Source: an uncultured virus (IMG/VR IMGVR_UViG_2061766007_003336) (taxonomy: Duplodnaviria > Heunggongvirae > Uroviricota > Caudoviricetes). Taken from it: a stretch of DNA of 60,088 nt. The notes beneath the pieces are model-generated. The model was not told where the DNA came from. It saw only the letters and a program-made list of their open reading frames with translations, and searched no databases. The stretch lies in the IMG/VR virus record IMGVR_UViG_2061766007_003336. One strand, 5' to 3'. The translations under genes were made by a program, and so were the position numbers. This document shows, in pieces, positions 48,114 to 57,708 of this stretch. Every line of letters begins with the position of its first letter. Within the stretch, counting starts at the first letter, position 1.

Positions 48114-48407
48114 ATGTACGTCAAGCTCATAGATAAATACACGATCAAAAAAGCTCCCGTTCTGCTCAGGGATGACCGCAGGACCTATGCCAACCCTCTT
48201 CCTGATGTACTGTTCCGCTTTGGCTACCTCCCTCTCATAACTGCTCCTGAACCTGATGACGGCGGCCGGTATGAGCGCAGCTACGTCAGTGACGGTTCGT
48301 CTGTACTCGAGGTCTGGACGCCTGTAGTTTTTGAACAGGAAGAGCTAGAGTCCATACCAGAAGATGAAAATACCGGCATGGAGTCAGAGAATGAAGCTGA
48401 GATATAA
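48114..48407 (+). CDS. small tail-associated protein
   Basis: Start MYVKLIDK after GGGGG; NP....L...GY.P motif. Confidence 0.6.
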   Translation: MYVKLIDKYTIKKAPVLLRDDRRTYANPLPDVLFRFGYLPLITAPEPDDGGRYERSYVSDGSSVLEVWTPVVFEQEELESIPEDENTGMESENEAEI

Positions 48408-50748
48408 ATTGCCTTTTTTTAAATGGCTGGCACAGCTGTTCCAGAAAGTTTCAGGTATTCCCCCGCTCACTATGCAACGCGCCAGAGCCGGCGGTCTTAC
48501 CAAGCTCACGGCATACGGCGGGCTTAAACTCCAGGCGAAAGGCGTTCCCAACGGTTACACTGTCGTCGACTGGGTGTCAAACAATGCTAATACTCTCGTT
48601 CCGACGGGAGTTGTCATCCATGATGGTGAAGAGTTTGAGATTGAGGTTACATGCGCTGCTGTTACAGGGTCTTTTTATCTTTTCCAAGCGAGAGATATTA
48701 CGTCGGGAACTATAGTCGGTTTGTCAGGTTCTGAGACAGGAAATACGATCATAGCAGGATCAGGGTATGGTGTAGGCTGTACCTCCGCAATCACCCGAAT
48801 AGCTCAGAACTGGTACCACACATCAGCTGCTTGCACGTTTGATACCCTAACTGTAACAGTGGAGACTAATGGAAGAAGCGATACAAACAGCACTTCTTTT
48901 GACCCAGGCCTGACAGGCAGACCTACTACAGATATGTGTTTGTTCGGCAATAAAGCTATTAGAACAACAGGTGCAATCAACCGCTTGCCCGCTGGCTGCA
49001 AAGTCGAATTTGCAAAACTCAAGATCAACGGCACATATGTACTTGACCTTAAACCTGTTACAAGAGACTCCGACGGCACGCCAGGGTTTATAAATCTGGT
49101 TGATGGCACGTTTCTGACGGCTACTGAAGGATCACTTAACGCGGGACCGGTTACGGAAATTGTTCCGACACCCACAAATCCTATTCCTTTGATATGCAAT
49201 AACGGTGAAATCAAAGTCGATACACTGCTTCCTGGCGGCTACACGAGGCTGGAGTATCTAGAAAAAAATTCTGACGGCTGTTATATTGACACAGGTCTGG
49301 TTCCTGACGATACATTCGGATTTAGAGTAATTGTAAGCTGCAACGATGTGGTTACTGACCGGTCTGTCTTCGGCTGCCGGGAATCTTCTTCAACAAACAG
49401 CCGCTGCTTTTTTGGTTATACCAATAATACCAATATCTGCGGATGGAACAGCTATTTTTTAGCAGGTGTGGCAGCCGCAGACGAATTTCAGGATGTTCAG
49501 TTGAACTACTTAAATGCCAGAAAGTGTGTTATTGATGAAGTTGTACAAACATCAAACTTAGAAACACTTACTTCCATTACACAGACCTTTACATTGTTCG
49601 GAACGAAAGTCAATGGGAGTGTTCGCGCAGGAATAGATAAAAATTCAAAAATACAATTAGCAGTATTTACCCGTGGCAATACTATTATTCAATATCTCAT
49701 TCCAGTCAAACGCAACTTAGACAATGTATTAGGAATGTATGATACCGTTTCAGGAACTTTCCTTACAAACGCTGGGACTGGAAATTTCGTCGCTGGTCCT
49801 GCACTAGGCAATATTTATTGTGACGGTCTTACAGAGACTTTGAGAATCAGCACTAAAAATCTGTATGATGTAAACGCTGTAACAGAAGGAAAATACATTG
49901 GAGTGAATGGTGTCATTGGCGATGATAATAAGGCGTGTTATTCGGATTTAATTAAAGTTAAAAGTGGGCAACAATATACTTTTAGTGGTATATGCGGAAA
50001 TATTGGAATAGAGTCAAATTACAAACGAATACACGGGTATATTGATGGTGTGTGGGATTCTCAAATAATGCAAAGACTTGTTCTTAAAAACCAACCTTAT
50101 TCAATAACCTTTACGATTCCACAAAACGTTAATGGAATAAGAATAAGTTGTTGGAAAGATGATACAAAAAGAATGGTTGAATTGGGCTCTTCTGCAACAA
50201 CCTATGTTGATTACAACAACTCCACCGCGACTACCGAAATGCTTTTGAAGTTGGGAGATTATGTAGATTCTCAGGATATTTTGAACGGTATTGTGAATAG
50301 GCAGTTGGGAATACAAACTCTCACAGGGGATGAAACTTGGACATGGCTAGCTAACAGCCAATGGAAAGCTCGCGTTTCACTACCAACAATTTCATGGTCT
50401 CAGGAGACTGCAGCACCTATACTATCAAACCAGTTTATTGCGCGTGCATGGAACGATTATGATCAAACACAACCGTACTTTTCTTTAATGGAAGCAACAA
50501 CCAACAGAAGGATGGCATTCGCTGTTAACTGGAATTCAAATATAACTTCACTCGAAGACTGGCAGCAGTGGCTTCAGGATCAATACAACAATGGCACTCC
50601 GGTCATTGTAGTGTATCCGCTGGCTACCCAGACAACAGAAGCCGTCACTCCCCAGCCGATGTCGATTGTTGATGGTGATAACACTCTTGAAATCGTGCAG
50701 GCCTCCCTCACAAGCCTTGAACTGGAAGCCGAATATAAAAGGCACTGA
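48391..50748 (+). CDS. modular tail fibre / receptor-binding protein
   Basis: Two related modules (PNGYTVVDWV...PVTRDSDGTPGFINLVDGTFL; PGGYTRLEYL...PVKRNLDNVLGMYDTVSGTFL), a KNLYD module and a C-terminal VVYPLAT motif. Confidence 0.8.
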   Translation: MKLRYKLPFFKWLAQLFQKVSGIPPLTMQRARAGGLTKLTAYGGLKLQAKGVPNGYTVVDWVSNNANTLVPTGVVIHDGEEFEIEVTCAAVTGSFYLFQARDITSGTIVGLSGSETGNTIIAGSGYGVGCTSAITRIAQNWYHTSAACTFDTLTVTVETNGRSDTNSTSFDPGLTGRPTTDMCLFGNKAIRTTGAINRLPAGCKVEFAKLKINGTYVLDLKPVTRDSDGTPGFINLVDGTFLTATEGSLNAGPVTEIVPTPTNPIPLICNNGEIKVDTLLPGGYTRLEYLEKNSDGCYIDTGLVPDDTFGFRVIVSCNDVVTDRSVFGCRESSSTNSRCFFGYTNNTNICGWNSYFLAGVAAADEFQDVQLNYLNARKCVIDEVVQTSNLETLTSITQTFTLFGTKVNGSVRAGIDKNSKIQLAVFTRGNTIIQYLIPVKRNLDNVLGMYDTVSGTFLTNAGTGNFVAGPALGNIYCDGLTETLRISTKNLYDVNAVTEGKYIGVNGVIGDDNKACYSDLIKVKSGQQYTFSGICGNIGIESNYKRIHGYIDGVWDSQIMQRLVLKNQPYSITFTIPQNVNGIRISCWKDDTKRMVELGSSATTYVDYNNSTATTEMLLKLGDYVDSQDILNGIVNRQLGIQTLTGDETWTWLANSQWKARVSLPTISWSQETAAPILSNQFIARAWNDYDQTQPYFSLMEATTNRRMAFAVNWNSNITSLEDWQQWLQDQYNNGTPVIVVYPLATQTTEAVTPQPMSIVDGDNTLEIVQASLTSLELEAEYKRH

Positions 50749-50812
50749 CGTCCGGCACCGAGTCTAATCAAACAGACTAAAGCAGACCAGAACCTGTAGG
50801 TTTTGGCCGGAG

Positions 50813-50853
50813 AAAAAAAAGAAACCGCAGCATACTAAGTGTAAACTGCGGCT
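50813..50853. terminator. terminator between convergent gene blocks
   Basis: CCGCAG/CTGCGG stem preceded by an A run. Confidence 0.55.
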
Positions 50854-50879
50854 TTAGAGGCCCGTGGAAATGTCCGTTC

Positions 50880-51371
50880 CTAGACGAGAAACCGATTTTT
50901 CTTATATAGGTCAGTCTTCCTACCTTCCTTAAGGGCCTGACGCCAGTCTTCCGGTTCCGGACGTGTTTTCGCAATTTCGGGGTCGTAGACTAACAGCTCT
51001 TTTATATGCCCCCATATCTGGTTCATCCGGTCTTCAATGCCTTTTATCAGGTCTTTGGCCAGACGATTTTGTTTTGTCTTCTGCGCCGCGGTTTTGATGA
51101 CTTTTATAGAGCTTCCTAGTTCGTTATACTCTCGTAAGAGCTTTGTCAAGTCTAAACAAGCCGAGTGGGAAATACCTCTCAGTAGTGCGGTTTTATGCCC
51201 TTGTGCAGGAAGCAGGACTGCCAGTCTTTGGGCCGAATCCGGAGTCCACCATTCTACACAAAGTTTAACCGGACCACTCTGCAGTAGGATCCTCCCGTTG
51301 CAGTCTCTACAAAGTTTATGAATTCCCCTAGGTAGTGCGCCAAGCACTATTTCTTCTGGTGTAACTTTCAT
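50880..51371 (-). CDS. hypothetical protein
   Basis: AGGAGG RBS. Confidence 0.65.
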   Translation of the reverse strand: MKVTPEEIVLGALPRGIHKLCRDCNGRILLQSGPVKLCVEWWTPDSAQRLAVLLPAQGHKTALLRGISHSACLDLTKLLREYNELGSSIKVIKTAAQKTKQNRLAKDLIKGIEDRMNQIWGHIKELLVYDPEIAKTRPEPEDWRQALKEGRKTDLYKKNRFLV

Positions 51372-51405
51372 TTTAACCTCCTATGCCTATTATAAAGTAC
51401 ACGGG

Positions 51406-51924
51406 CTACTCAGATTCTTCATCCCACGGCTCAGTATCGAGTCGGTATGGCGGCTGCGGCCATTTTGACTGCGTGTCTTCGATTTTCTGTTTATTAGCTC
51501 CGCAGCCGCAGCTCGGCCATTCCGTAACAGACCATTTGAAAACCTGTACCCCGAGCAGCACGATAAAAACTATAACTGCCCTAAGAATCCATTTTGACCA
51601 CAGTTCCGATCCGTCAGTAAACAGCCATAATGCCACAGAGATTATGAGAGCCAGGATGGACCAGGTCCAGAGCATGTTCAGCAGAGCGGAGAATTTTCCG
51701 CCTGAAACCGTCCATTTGAAGACCTGCAGTCCGAAAAGAACACAGAACCCCAGTGTGGACCAGTAAGTATACCTGATATATTTTTTGTATTTTTCTAAGG
51801 CTGACTGGCGTTCATGGTCATACTCTACTGAATTGCATACTAGAGCGGCCAGGACGCCGAGAAGTATGGTGCTGCAGATTGATATCGTCCAGAGCGTGTT
51901 CATCAGTGCTGATAATATCTTCAT
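51406..51924 (-). CDS. multi-pass membrane protein with internal duplication
   Basis: Four hydrophobic segments; SAL.N.LWT.SI and G.QVFKW.V each occur twice. Confidence 0.7.
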   Translation of the reverse strand: MKILSALMNTLWTISICSTILLGVLAALVCNSVEYDHERQSALEKYKKYIRYTYWSTLGFCVLFGLQVFKWTVSGGKFSALLNMLWTWSILALIISVALWLFTDGSELWSKWILRAVIVFIVLLGVQVFKWSVTEWPSCGCGANKQKIEDTQSKWPQPPYRLDTEPWDEESE

Positions 51925-51934
51925 ATTTCACCTC

Positions 51935-52141
51935 CTACATTTTACGGCAGTTTGATCTTGCCCTGCACTGCACCGGTTTCGGTCTGAGCTCAACCATGCG
52001 TGCTGCTTCAGGTTTTGCAAGCGTCTGTTTCATACACCGTTCCGCATCTGCTTCCCACGGTCTGACCACCAGGACCATGTCCTGACACAGGCGGTAGATA
52101 CGGTAAGCCTCTCTAAAATAATTTTCAAGTAATCCAAACAT
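51935..52141 (-). CDS. small hypothetical protein
   Basis: GAGGAG RBS before MFGLLEN. Confidence 0.5.
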   Translation of the reverse strand: MFGLLENYFREAYRIYRLCQDMVLVVRPWEADAERCMKQTLAKPEAARMVELRPKPVQCRARSNCRKM

Positions 52142-52603
52142 TGTCTTTCTCCTCATTAAAGTTAGCAAATTCGGGGAAACAGCCGCTCCGGACCGCTTCC
52201 CTTCTCTTTCTTTTACGTGCAGCCGTCGGTGAATCTGTCACCAGCGGCTGGAGACCTTATGAAATCTTTTTAAATAATAGAAATCTGGATGGTGGTAGCG
52301 TAAGCTCTGTATGTGTGTGTCAGATCCTCGGAGCTGTTTGCGAAGCAAAAACACACATTAGGAGCTGTAGCGGAGACGATCCAGACGGTCGTTAAAAATA
52401 ACGGTCGTACGTATCCCGGAGGCTTACCTCCTTAAAAAGATTAGTCAGTTGGTCTCTCGTGAAGTTTCATACATAGATATTTGTATCCAGGAGTCCTACG
52501 CGCTGGCTGCGGTGTCATAGCCGCAGGAGATGATGCCGCGCCGAGCGTGGGCATCTGGATACTAAATAACGGATAGAATGATATCCGCTTTCGGTATCGG
52601 CAG

Positions 52604-52653
52604 NNNNNNNNNNNNNNNNNNNNNNNNNNNNNNNNNNNNNNNNNNNNNNNNNN
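52604..52653. other. assembly gap (50 N)
   Basis: Run of N. Confidence 1.
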
Positions 52654-53142
52654 CTCCCGACGCTTTACTTCTTCTTTTGCGTCTTCCAGAGCAGCCTCGG
52701 CCTCAGCTATCTGCTCGTTGCGGATTTTGGCGCGGTACTGTTTTGCTGTTTCCGTGTCAAACGCCAGAACATGCGCCCTGATCTCTTTCCAGGTGCGGTC
52801 AGAGGCATCCTCACGGATTCTGTACAGAACCTCTCTGTCGACTTCAAGAAGACAGTCGGCACCGCTGTTGGCGAAGATAGCATCGATTCGTTCCTGCAGA
52901 TCGTTGTTGCTCTGAGTCAAGGCTTCAATTTTCCGAATTCTGTCCGGTGACAACCCTGCAGCGGGTGCCTGAGGATCGCAGCACTCAGGCGTCTGGAACG
53001 CGATTATCGGGCACGCTCCCTGCAACAGTACGAAAGTTGCTTCAGCCTTACCTGATTTTACACCGATGAATCCGTTCTTGTCTCTGTACAGAAACACGTC
53101 ACAGTTGTTGGCTCTTCCGAGCTCGATTTTTTCTTCTTCCAT
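52654..53142 (-). CDS. hypothetical coiled-coil protein, interrupted by the gap
   Basis: GGAGG RBS before MEEEKIEL; the frame runs into the N gap, so the true end is unknown. Confidence 0.65.
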
Positions 53143-53168
53143 TTTTTCCTCCGTATTAAGTGTTTGTA

Positions 53169-53334
53169 GAACTGTTTTCGTTGTCCTAAGCGAAAGGAGC
53201 ACGCCCCCCGGAACGGCCCGCTTCTAGACCCTTCAGGTCTAGAGCGGGCCTGAGGGAAACAGGGCGTGTGAACCAGGCGTTCGGTTCACGTGTCTTTTTC
53301 AGTAGAACCGGCGTTACCGGCTGCAGAACAGTTC
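53169..53334 (-). ncRNA. multi-stem structured leader or small RNA (~165 nt)
   Basis: Closing stem GAACTGTT/AACAGTTC, CACGCCC/GGGCGTG, GGCCCGC-TCTAGACC/GGTCTAGA-GCGGGCC, GTGAACC/GGTTCAC. Confidence 0.45.
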
Positions 53335-53402
53335 ATATAAGGATCCGCAAAGTTTAGTTATAATCGGGGAACCTTAACCAGGACGCTCCGCGGGTTAGGG
53401 AA

Positions 53403-53675
53403 TCAGACGACGTCAGAGAGTCTGATCCCGTCCCGCGGGATCGTCATGGTGTAGGTGAAGCATCCAGATGTGGAGATACCTCTTCTGTGCGCAGGCTTAC
53501 CTGCTGAGCTTTGCTTATTTTTTTTAAAAGGCCTGATCTGAAAGAGATAACCCGGAGGGCTTATCGGTTCCAGAAGGGAAATGAACACGAAGTAATCTGC
53601 GCGTTCCGCGCTGTGCCTGAAAGCGGAGTGTTCATCCCGAATGCTTTGATACCGCCTGCGGTTACAGGCTTTCAC
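53403..53675 (-). CDS. possible small hypothetical protein
   Basis: ORF fills the gap on the local coding strand; weak support. Confidence 0.3.
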   Translation of the reverse strand: MKACNRRRYQSIRDEHSAFRHSAERADYFVFISLLEPISPPGYLFQIRPFKKNKQSSAGKPAHRRGISTSGCFTYTMTIPRDGIRLSDVV

Positions 53676-53681
53676 GCCTTT

Positions 53682-54269
53682 TTACTTTGTGTGCTTCTGG
53701 ATAATGTCAGCGCACAGCTGACCTGAAGGAGCAATGATGTCGAGCTCGACAGGGTCACCTGGCAAGGAATAATTGCGGTAATCGATTTCAGGATCCGTCA
53801 GGAGAGTCGTCCAGTTTACCTGCTTTATTTCATCGTTATTAAGTATAGTAAGCCAGGCACGTTTTTTATTACATAGTGAGAGGACGGTTTTCCTGAACGA
53901 AAGGGTCTCACTTATCCATTCGCGGCCGATATTCTCGCCATGATAATAGTAATCGCAGCCAGGGGCTTCAGCCCAGGCTCTGACCCTGAGCTCGGGCCAG
54001 GTTTTCGCCATGTCTTTGTAAACGGCGTCGGGAGCTTCTCCTGTAGTTGCAAACCAGAAACCGGCCTGTGTCTCCTCTTTGTTTGACTGTTTGATGGCTG
54101 GATCACCGCATTCGATACCGAGGTCCGCGTCGGGATTGACATCGCTGTCGAGCCTGATCTGTGTCGGGCAGATCCTGAACGTGTTTCCGTCTGTGATTGA
54201 GTCCAGGAATTTGAGAAGAAGTGTCCGGTTTCCTGTTACCTTGAGAACATTTACACATTCGTCCGACAT
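53682..54269 (-). CDS. DUF1281/YubB ferredoxin-like domain protein
   Basis: M...C.N.L.VTG...F.T...AP......MA..WPEL......E.PG.DY pattern. Confidence 0.6.
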   Translation of the reverse strand: MSDECVNVLKVTGNRTLLLKFLDSITDGNTFRICPTQIRLDSDVNPDADLGIECGDPAIKQSNKEETQAGFWFATTGEAPDAVYKDMAKTWPELRVRAWAEAPGCDYYYHGENIGREWISETLSFRKTVLSLCNKKRAWLTILNNDEIKQVNWTTLLTDPEIDYRNYSLPGDPVELDIIAPSGQLCADIIQKHTK

Positions 54270-54478
54270 GGCCTCCTCCGTGCTGCTTTAAGGATTTCGG
54301 TAATGTCACCGGTTTTATCGAATTTGATATGCTGGAGCTCAAGCAGCCCCTTGAGCATTCTGACATCTCTCTCAAGCTGCTCTGCTGCCCTGTCCTCAGA
54401 TGCCCTGTCTGTTTGTGCAAACAGTACACCGATATCCTGTTCGATCTGCGTGTACAAAACCTTAATTGTATTTGCCAT
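54251..54478 (-). CDS. small hypothetical protein
   Basis: GAGAGG RBS; helical. Confidence 0.6.
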   Translation of the reverse strand: MANTIKVLYTQIEQDIGVLFAQTDRASEDRAAEQLERDVRMLKGLLELQHIKFDKTGDITEILKAARRRPCRTNV

Positions 54479-54482
54479 CTAT

Positions 54483-54529
54483 TTGACCTCTCTTGTGTAG
54501 TTTGATAAAGTTGACACCATATCTTGTGT
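54483..54529. promoter_or_regulatory. NrdR-box-like site with a degenerate second copy 31 bp away
   Basis: ACACCATATCTTGTGT at 54514-54529; TCTTGTGTA repeated at 54491 and 54522. Confidence 0.5.
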
Positions 54530-54568
54530 ATGGTATGTTGACCTGAACCTAACGGTTCCGACTCCTGA

Positions 54569-54637
54569 TTTTTCTTTTTTTTTCCTGTCCAGCCGGCCTG
54601 ACAGTTCCTGAAGGAACTGTCTGACCGGTCTTTTTTT
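54569..54637. terminator. long hairpin terminator
   Basis: CCGG..GACAGTTCC-TGAA-GGAACTGTC..CCGG followed by a T run on +. Confidence 0.6.
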
Positions 54638-54839
54638 ACTTCAGGTTGTAGATGAAGACATCGACAGCTCCTGCTATCAGAAGGATCACAAAGGAAATTT
54701 CAACGGCGATTTTTCTGAATGTTTCTTCGGAACTGTTCAGGTCAGTCCAGGTTGGCAGGAAAAAGCCGATAAAAACAATAGAAACGGTAGGAACGTACAG
54801 TGCTCTGCAGAACGCCGTTAATATGACCAGCGTGTTCAT
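54636..54839 (-). CDS. small two-TM membrane protein
   Basis: AGGAGAG RBS, two hydrophobic helices. Confidence 0.6.
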   Translation of the reverse strand: MNTLVILTAFCRALYVPTVSIVFIGFFLPTWTDLNSSEETFRKIAVEISFVILLIAGAVDVFIYNLK

Positions 54840-54851
54840 GCTGCTCTCCTG

Positions 54852-55736
54852 CTAATACAACGGTTTAGGTTCATCTTTTACACTGACAGGCTGAGAGCTG
54901 GCCATATCCGATAGATGAATCAGATATGCTTCCGGAGTCTTGGGCGGCACTGCTGCACCCCACTCAGGACGCCCGTGGTGGCTCAGAATGCAGTGATCGA
55001 TCTGCTTGAGCGTATCCGCATCAACGCACTTGGCAAAGACTTTATTTACCAGATTCGTGCTCAGAAAGTGGTGTCCGATCAGGATACCGTCTTCGCTGAA
55101 TCCGGTGAACAGGCCGAGCGGATTGATCTCGTACTCGTAGACTTTTCCGATGTCGTGGAAAAGTCCGGACACTGCCAGAACCGTACGGTTCAGTTCCAGG
55201 CCGTGGTACTCTTTCTGAGCGTCTGCCATTTTGAGAGCCGTTTCGCAGACTTCGATCGAGTGCTGCAGCAGGCCGTGCCTGTAGGCATGGTGATGACTCA
55301 TTGCAGCAGGGACATACAGAAACCTGTCCCAGATACCTGCAGCCTTGAGTTTCTCAATTCCGGCTTCCAGCTTGTATTCCTGAATATAGCCGTTGAGCTT
55401 TTCCTCGAGCTTCTCTTTCGGAACCGGAGCCATCTGTATCAGGCCGGCCGCCTCCTCGGGAGTAAGAAGAGAGACCGATGAGATCTTCAGACTTACCGTG
55501 CCTCCGAAGTCATCGCTGACTGCAGATTTGAGTTCAACCGCGTTGCCGCTGGCCATCAGGTTCATCATAGGATTGACATTGTCCCACACCTTGAATCCCA
55601 TCGTCCCTGTGGGATCCATTACAGTACCGGTAAGATACTGTTTGCCGGTTTTGGTCGTTTTTACTTCGAGACCTGCAACGACACACTTAACGCCGGCGGC
55701 ATTGATGTTCTTATCGTTAATCTCTATCAGCTGCAT
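54852..55736 (-). CDS. yhaM: YhaM/Cbf1-like OB-fold plus HD-domain 3'-5' exonuclease
   Basis: TKTGKQYL...DPTG...KVWD (OB fold); PAA.SHHHAY..GLLQHS, FHDIGKV.EY, ILSHHG.PEWGA...PKTPEA. Confidence 0.88.
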   Translation of the reverse strand: MQLIEINDKNINAAGVKCVVAGLEVKTTKTGKQYLTGTVMDPTGTMGFKVWDNVNPMMNLMASGNAVELKSAVSDDFGGTVSLKISSVSLLTPEEAAGLIQMAPVPKEKLEEKLNGYIQEYKLEAGIEKLKAAGIWDRFLYVPAAMSHHHAYRHGLLQHSIEVCETALKMADAQKEYHGLELNRTVLAVSGLFHDIGKVYEYEINPLGLFTGFSEDGILIGHHFLSTNLVNKVFAKCVDADTLKQIDHCILSHHGRPEWGAAVPPKTPEAYLIHLSDMASSQPVSVKDEPKPLY

Positions 55737-56454
55737 CTATCGCCTCCTGTTCTAACTGTTTTGCCAGAACCGTGCAGTACGGTGCGTGAATACACGTCAC
55801 ACAGTCAGGACCTTTGTCACGTTTCGTCTCAACCAGAGAAGACAGGATCTTCTTCAGAGTCACCTCAGGTAACTCTGTAAGGTCGCTCTTTTCGAGCCGG
55901 AAGATCTCTTCTTTTCCTCCATCCCGGACTATAGGCAGCTTTTTAAAGACGACCGCCGTTTCGTTATACATGCTGCAGAATGCCAGCAGCACGTAAATCA
56001 GTACGGAGAGTTCGTCAGCAGCCGCCGTTTTAGCCTTTGACAGCTTTACCAGCGTCAGGTCGCCGTTCTCCCTGACAACAAAGTCCACACTGCCCGTCAG
56101 GATCTGGAAGAATCCCTCCGACAGCACGAACTTCGGTTTGATCCTGGTTTCACCGCCTGCCGCTTTTGAGTTCAGCAGCAGATCAGCAGCCTTTTTGATC
56201 TTCGCCGGATCGTATTCGTCCGATACCTCCGGCATCATCCCCGTGTCCAGACACTCTCTGAACGCGCCTACCAGCGTTGCCTTTTCGGCGAACGTCTCCC
56301 TGACTGCTTTGTTAAACGCCGCAGCCGCAGCCGAACGGACTGCGGTGCAGCGTGTTGTTGCAGAGAAGACGGAGGTAGGAATAATGTCCTTGAATGTATC
56401 TGATTCCGGGAGTTTTACCTGTTGCAGATATAGTTTCTTTAGGTTCTTCATCAC
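55717..56454 (-). CDS. degenerate PD-(D/E)xK nuclease-fold protein
   Basis: LTGSVDFVV...TLVKLS and C-terminal GPDCVTC...YC; the canonical D/ExK is not intact. Confidence 0.55.
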   Translation of the reverse strand: MMKNLKKLYLQQVKLPESDTFKDIIPTSVFSATTRCTAVRSAAAAAFNKAVRETFAEKATLVGAFRECLDTGMMPEVSDEYDPAKIKKAADLLLNSKAAGGETRIKPKFVLSEGFFQILTGSVDFVVRENGDLTLVKLSKAKTAAADELSVLIYVLLAFCSMYNETAVVFKKLPIVRDGGKEEIFRLEKSDLTELPEVTLKKILSSLVETKRDKGPDCVTCIHAPYCTVLAKQLEQEAIDAADRD

Positions 56455-56684
56455 AACTTCCCCATAGCATCAGTGATCCTCATCGATGTCAGGATATTCT
56501 CAATCACGCCATTGTCAGGCTTGACTACCATCTCGATGTGATCACCTTCAAGTTTGTAAACAGCAGTGAACCCCTCATGTTTTACTTCGAGATCCACCGG
56601 GCCCTTCAGATCCGCCCCAGGTTCGTCCTGAAGCTCATTGAACCTCGACAGGGCGAGGATGTCGGTGTCAAAGGCTGCTTTCAT
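56451..56684 (-). CDS. small hypothetical protein
   Basis: AAGGAGG RBS, overlapping neighbours. Confidence 0.6.
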   Translation of the reverse strand: MKAAFDTDILALSRFNELQDEPGADLKGPVDLEVKHEGFTAVYKLEGDHIEMVVKPDNGVIENILTSMRITDAMGKL

Positions 56685-57708
56685 CGTCAGCCTCCTTACC
56701 TTCTATTTTCCAGTCATCACTTGTGACTGCACGGTCGCAGACTGCTTTATAGTCGCAGCTGGCACAGCCGTACTGACTGTGAGCAAAGATCTGGACGTTG
56801 CCTGAAACAAGTTTTTCGGCATACCTCATCACGTCCTCAAACTGCCTGTCATACTGCTCGATGTCGGGAAGCACTCCGCGTTCGATCGTGATCTTATACG
56901 ACGACGGTTTTACCTTACGCCGTGTACCAAGGTCGATTATCATGCGTGATATTTCGACTTCCGGCATATACGGGGTTACTCCCATCTGCACCAGACTCTT
57001 TCCGTACAGCCAGAGCTGGAATTTGGTCATCATCGACGACCAGATCGCCTGATTGTTGCTGAACGTAGTCTTCAGATCACAGATCCTGAGTTTCCCGTCA
57101 GGACCGATCTTCAGAAGATCTATATATCCCAGATAGGGAATCTTATGCTCCCCAGGCATATATACGACAGGGAGCTCAGCCCCTACTACCGGGTGCTCCA
57201 GTAACTTGCCGAGATGTTCTTTCGTTAGGGACTTGGCCATTGTCTCTACCGTAGCGAATATCTCATTTCTGAGGTCGCTGTGTGTCATCCCTTCGGGATA
57301 CAGCACCTCGGTCTGACTGGCTGCTATGGACATCAGCTCGTTATCTGCCGCATCCGTCAGAAGACGTGACAGGTCGAGTTTTCCGAGCACTTCGTCCTTA
57401 TAGGTTTCATACTCCCTGAGGAACTTCTGAAACTCTGCCATATCAGACCACAGCATCGGCTTACCCTCAGTAAATCCGGTCAGAGCATCTGCAGCATGCT
57501 CCAGTACACTGTGACATATCGTTCCCAGCATAAGCGCCGGTTTAGCCAGGCGGAATCTGCTCTTGAAGTGGAATTTGTTCGCACATTCAAGAAGAGAATC
57601 CCCTGACGACTTTGACAGATGGTGTACACCGAACTGTTTGAGAGCCCACGTTCCCGCTTTGGCATACGCCTCGGCGGAGACATCGTTAAGCGTTTTGACT
57701 TCCGTCAT
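56668..57708 (-). CDS. RecB/AddB/Cas4-like PD-(D/E)xK exonuclease
   Basis: LSKS...EC, LGTICH, E.P, GYIDLL, ICDLKT, QLWLY, C..CDY...C. Confidence 0.85.
   Translation of the reverse strand: MTEVKTLNDVSAEAYAKAGTWALKQFGVHHLSKSSGDSLLECANKFHFKSRFRLAKPALMLGTICHSVLEHAADALTGFTEGKPMLWSDMAEFQKFLREYETYKDEVLGKLDLSRLLTDAADNELMSIAASQTEVLYPEGMTHSDLRNEIFATVETMAKSLTKEHLGKLLEHPVVGAELPVVYMPGEHKIPYLGYIDLLKIGPDGKLRICDLKTTFSNNQAIWSSMMTKFQLWLYGKSLVQMGVTPYMPEVEISRMIIDLGTRRKVKPSSYKITIERGVLPDIEQYDRQFEDVMRYAEKLVSGNVQIFAHSQYGCASCDYKAVCDRAVTSDDWKIEGKEADDESSL

Noticed and set aside
52441..53202. Single 253-aa ORF across the N run
   Set aside because: The gap length is a placeholder, so frame continuity across it is not evidence.
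56668..57708. Cas4 as evidence for a CRISPR-Cas locus
   Set aside because: No cas1/cas2 or repeat-spacer array; stand-alone nucleases of this fold are common in phages.
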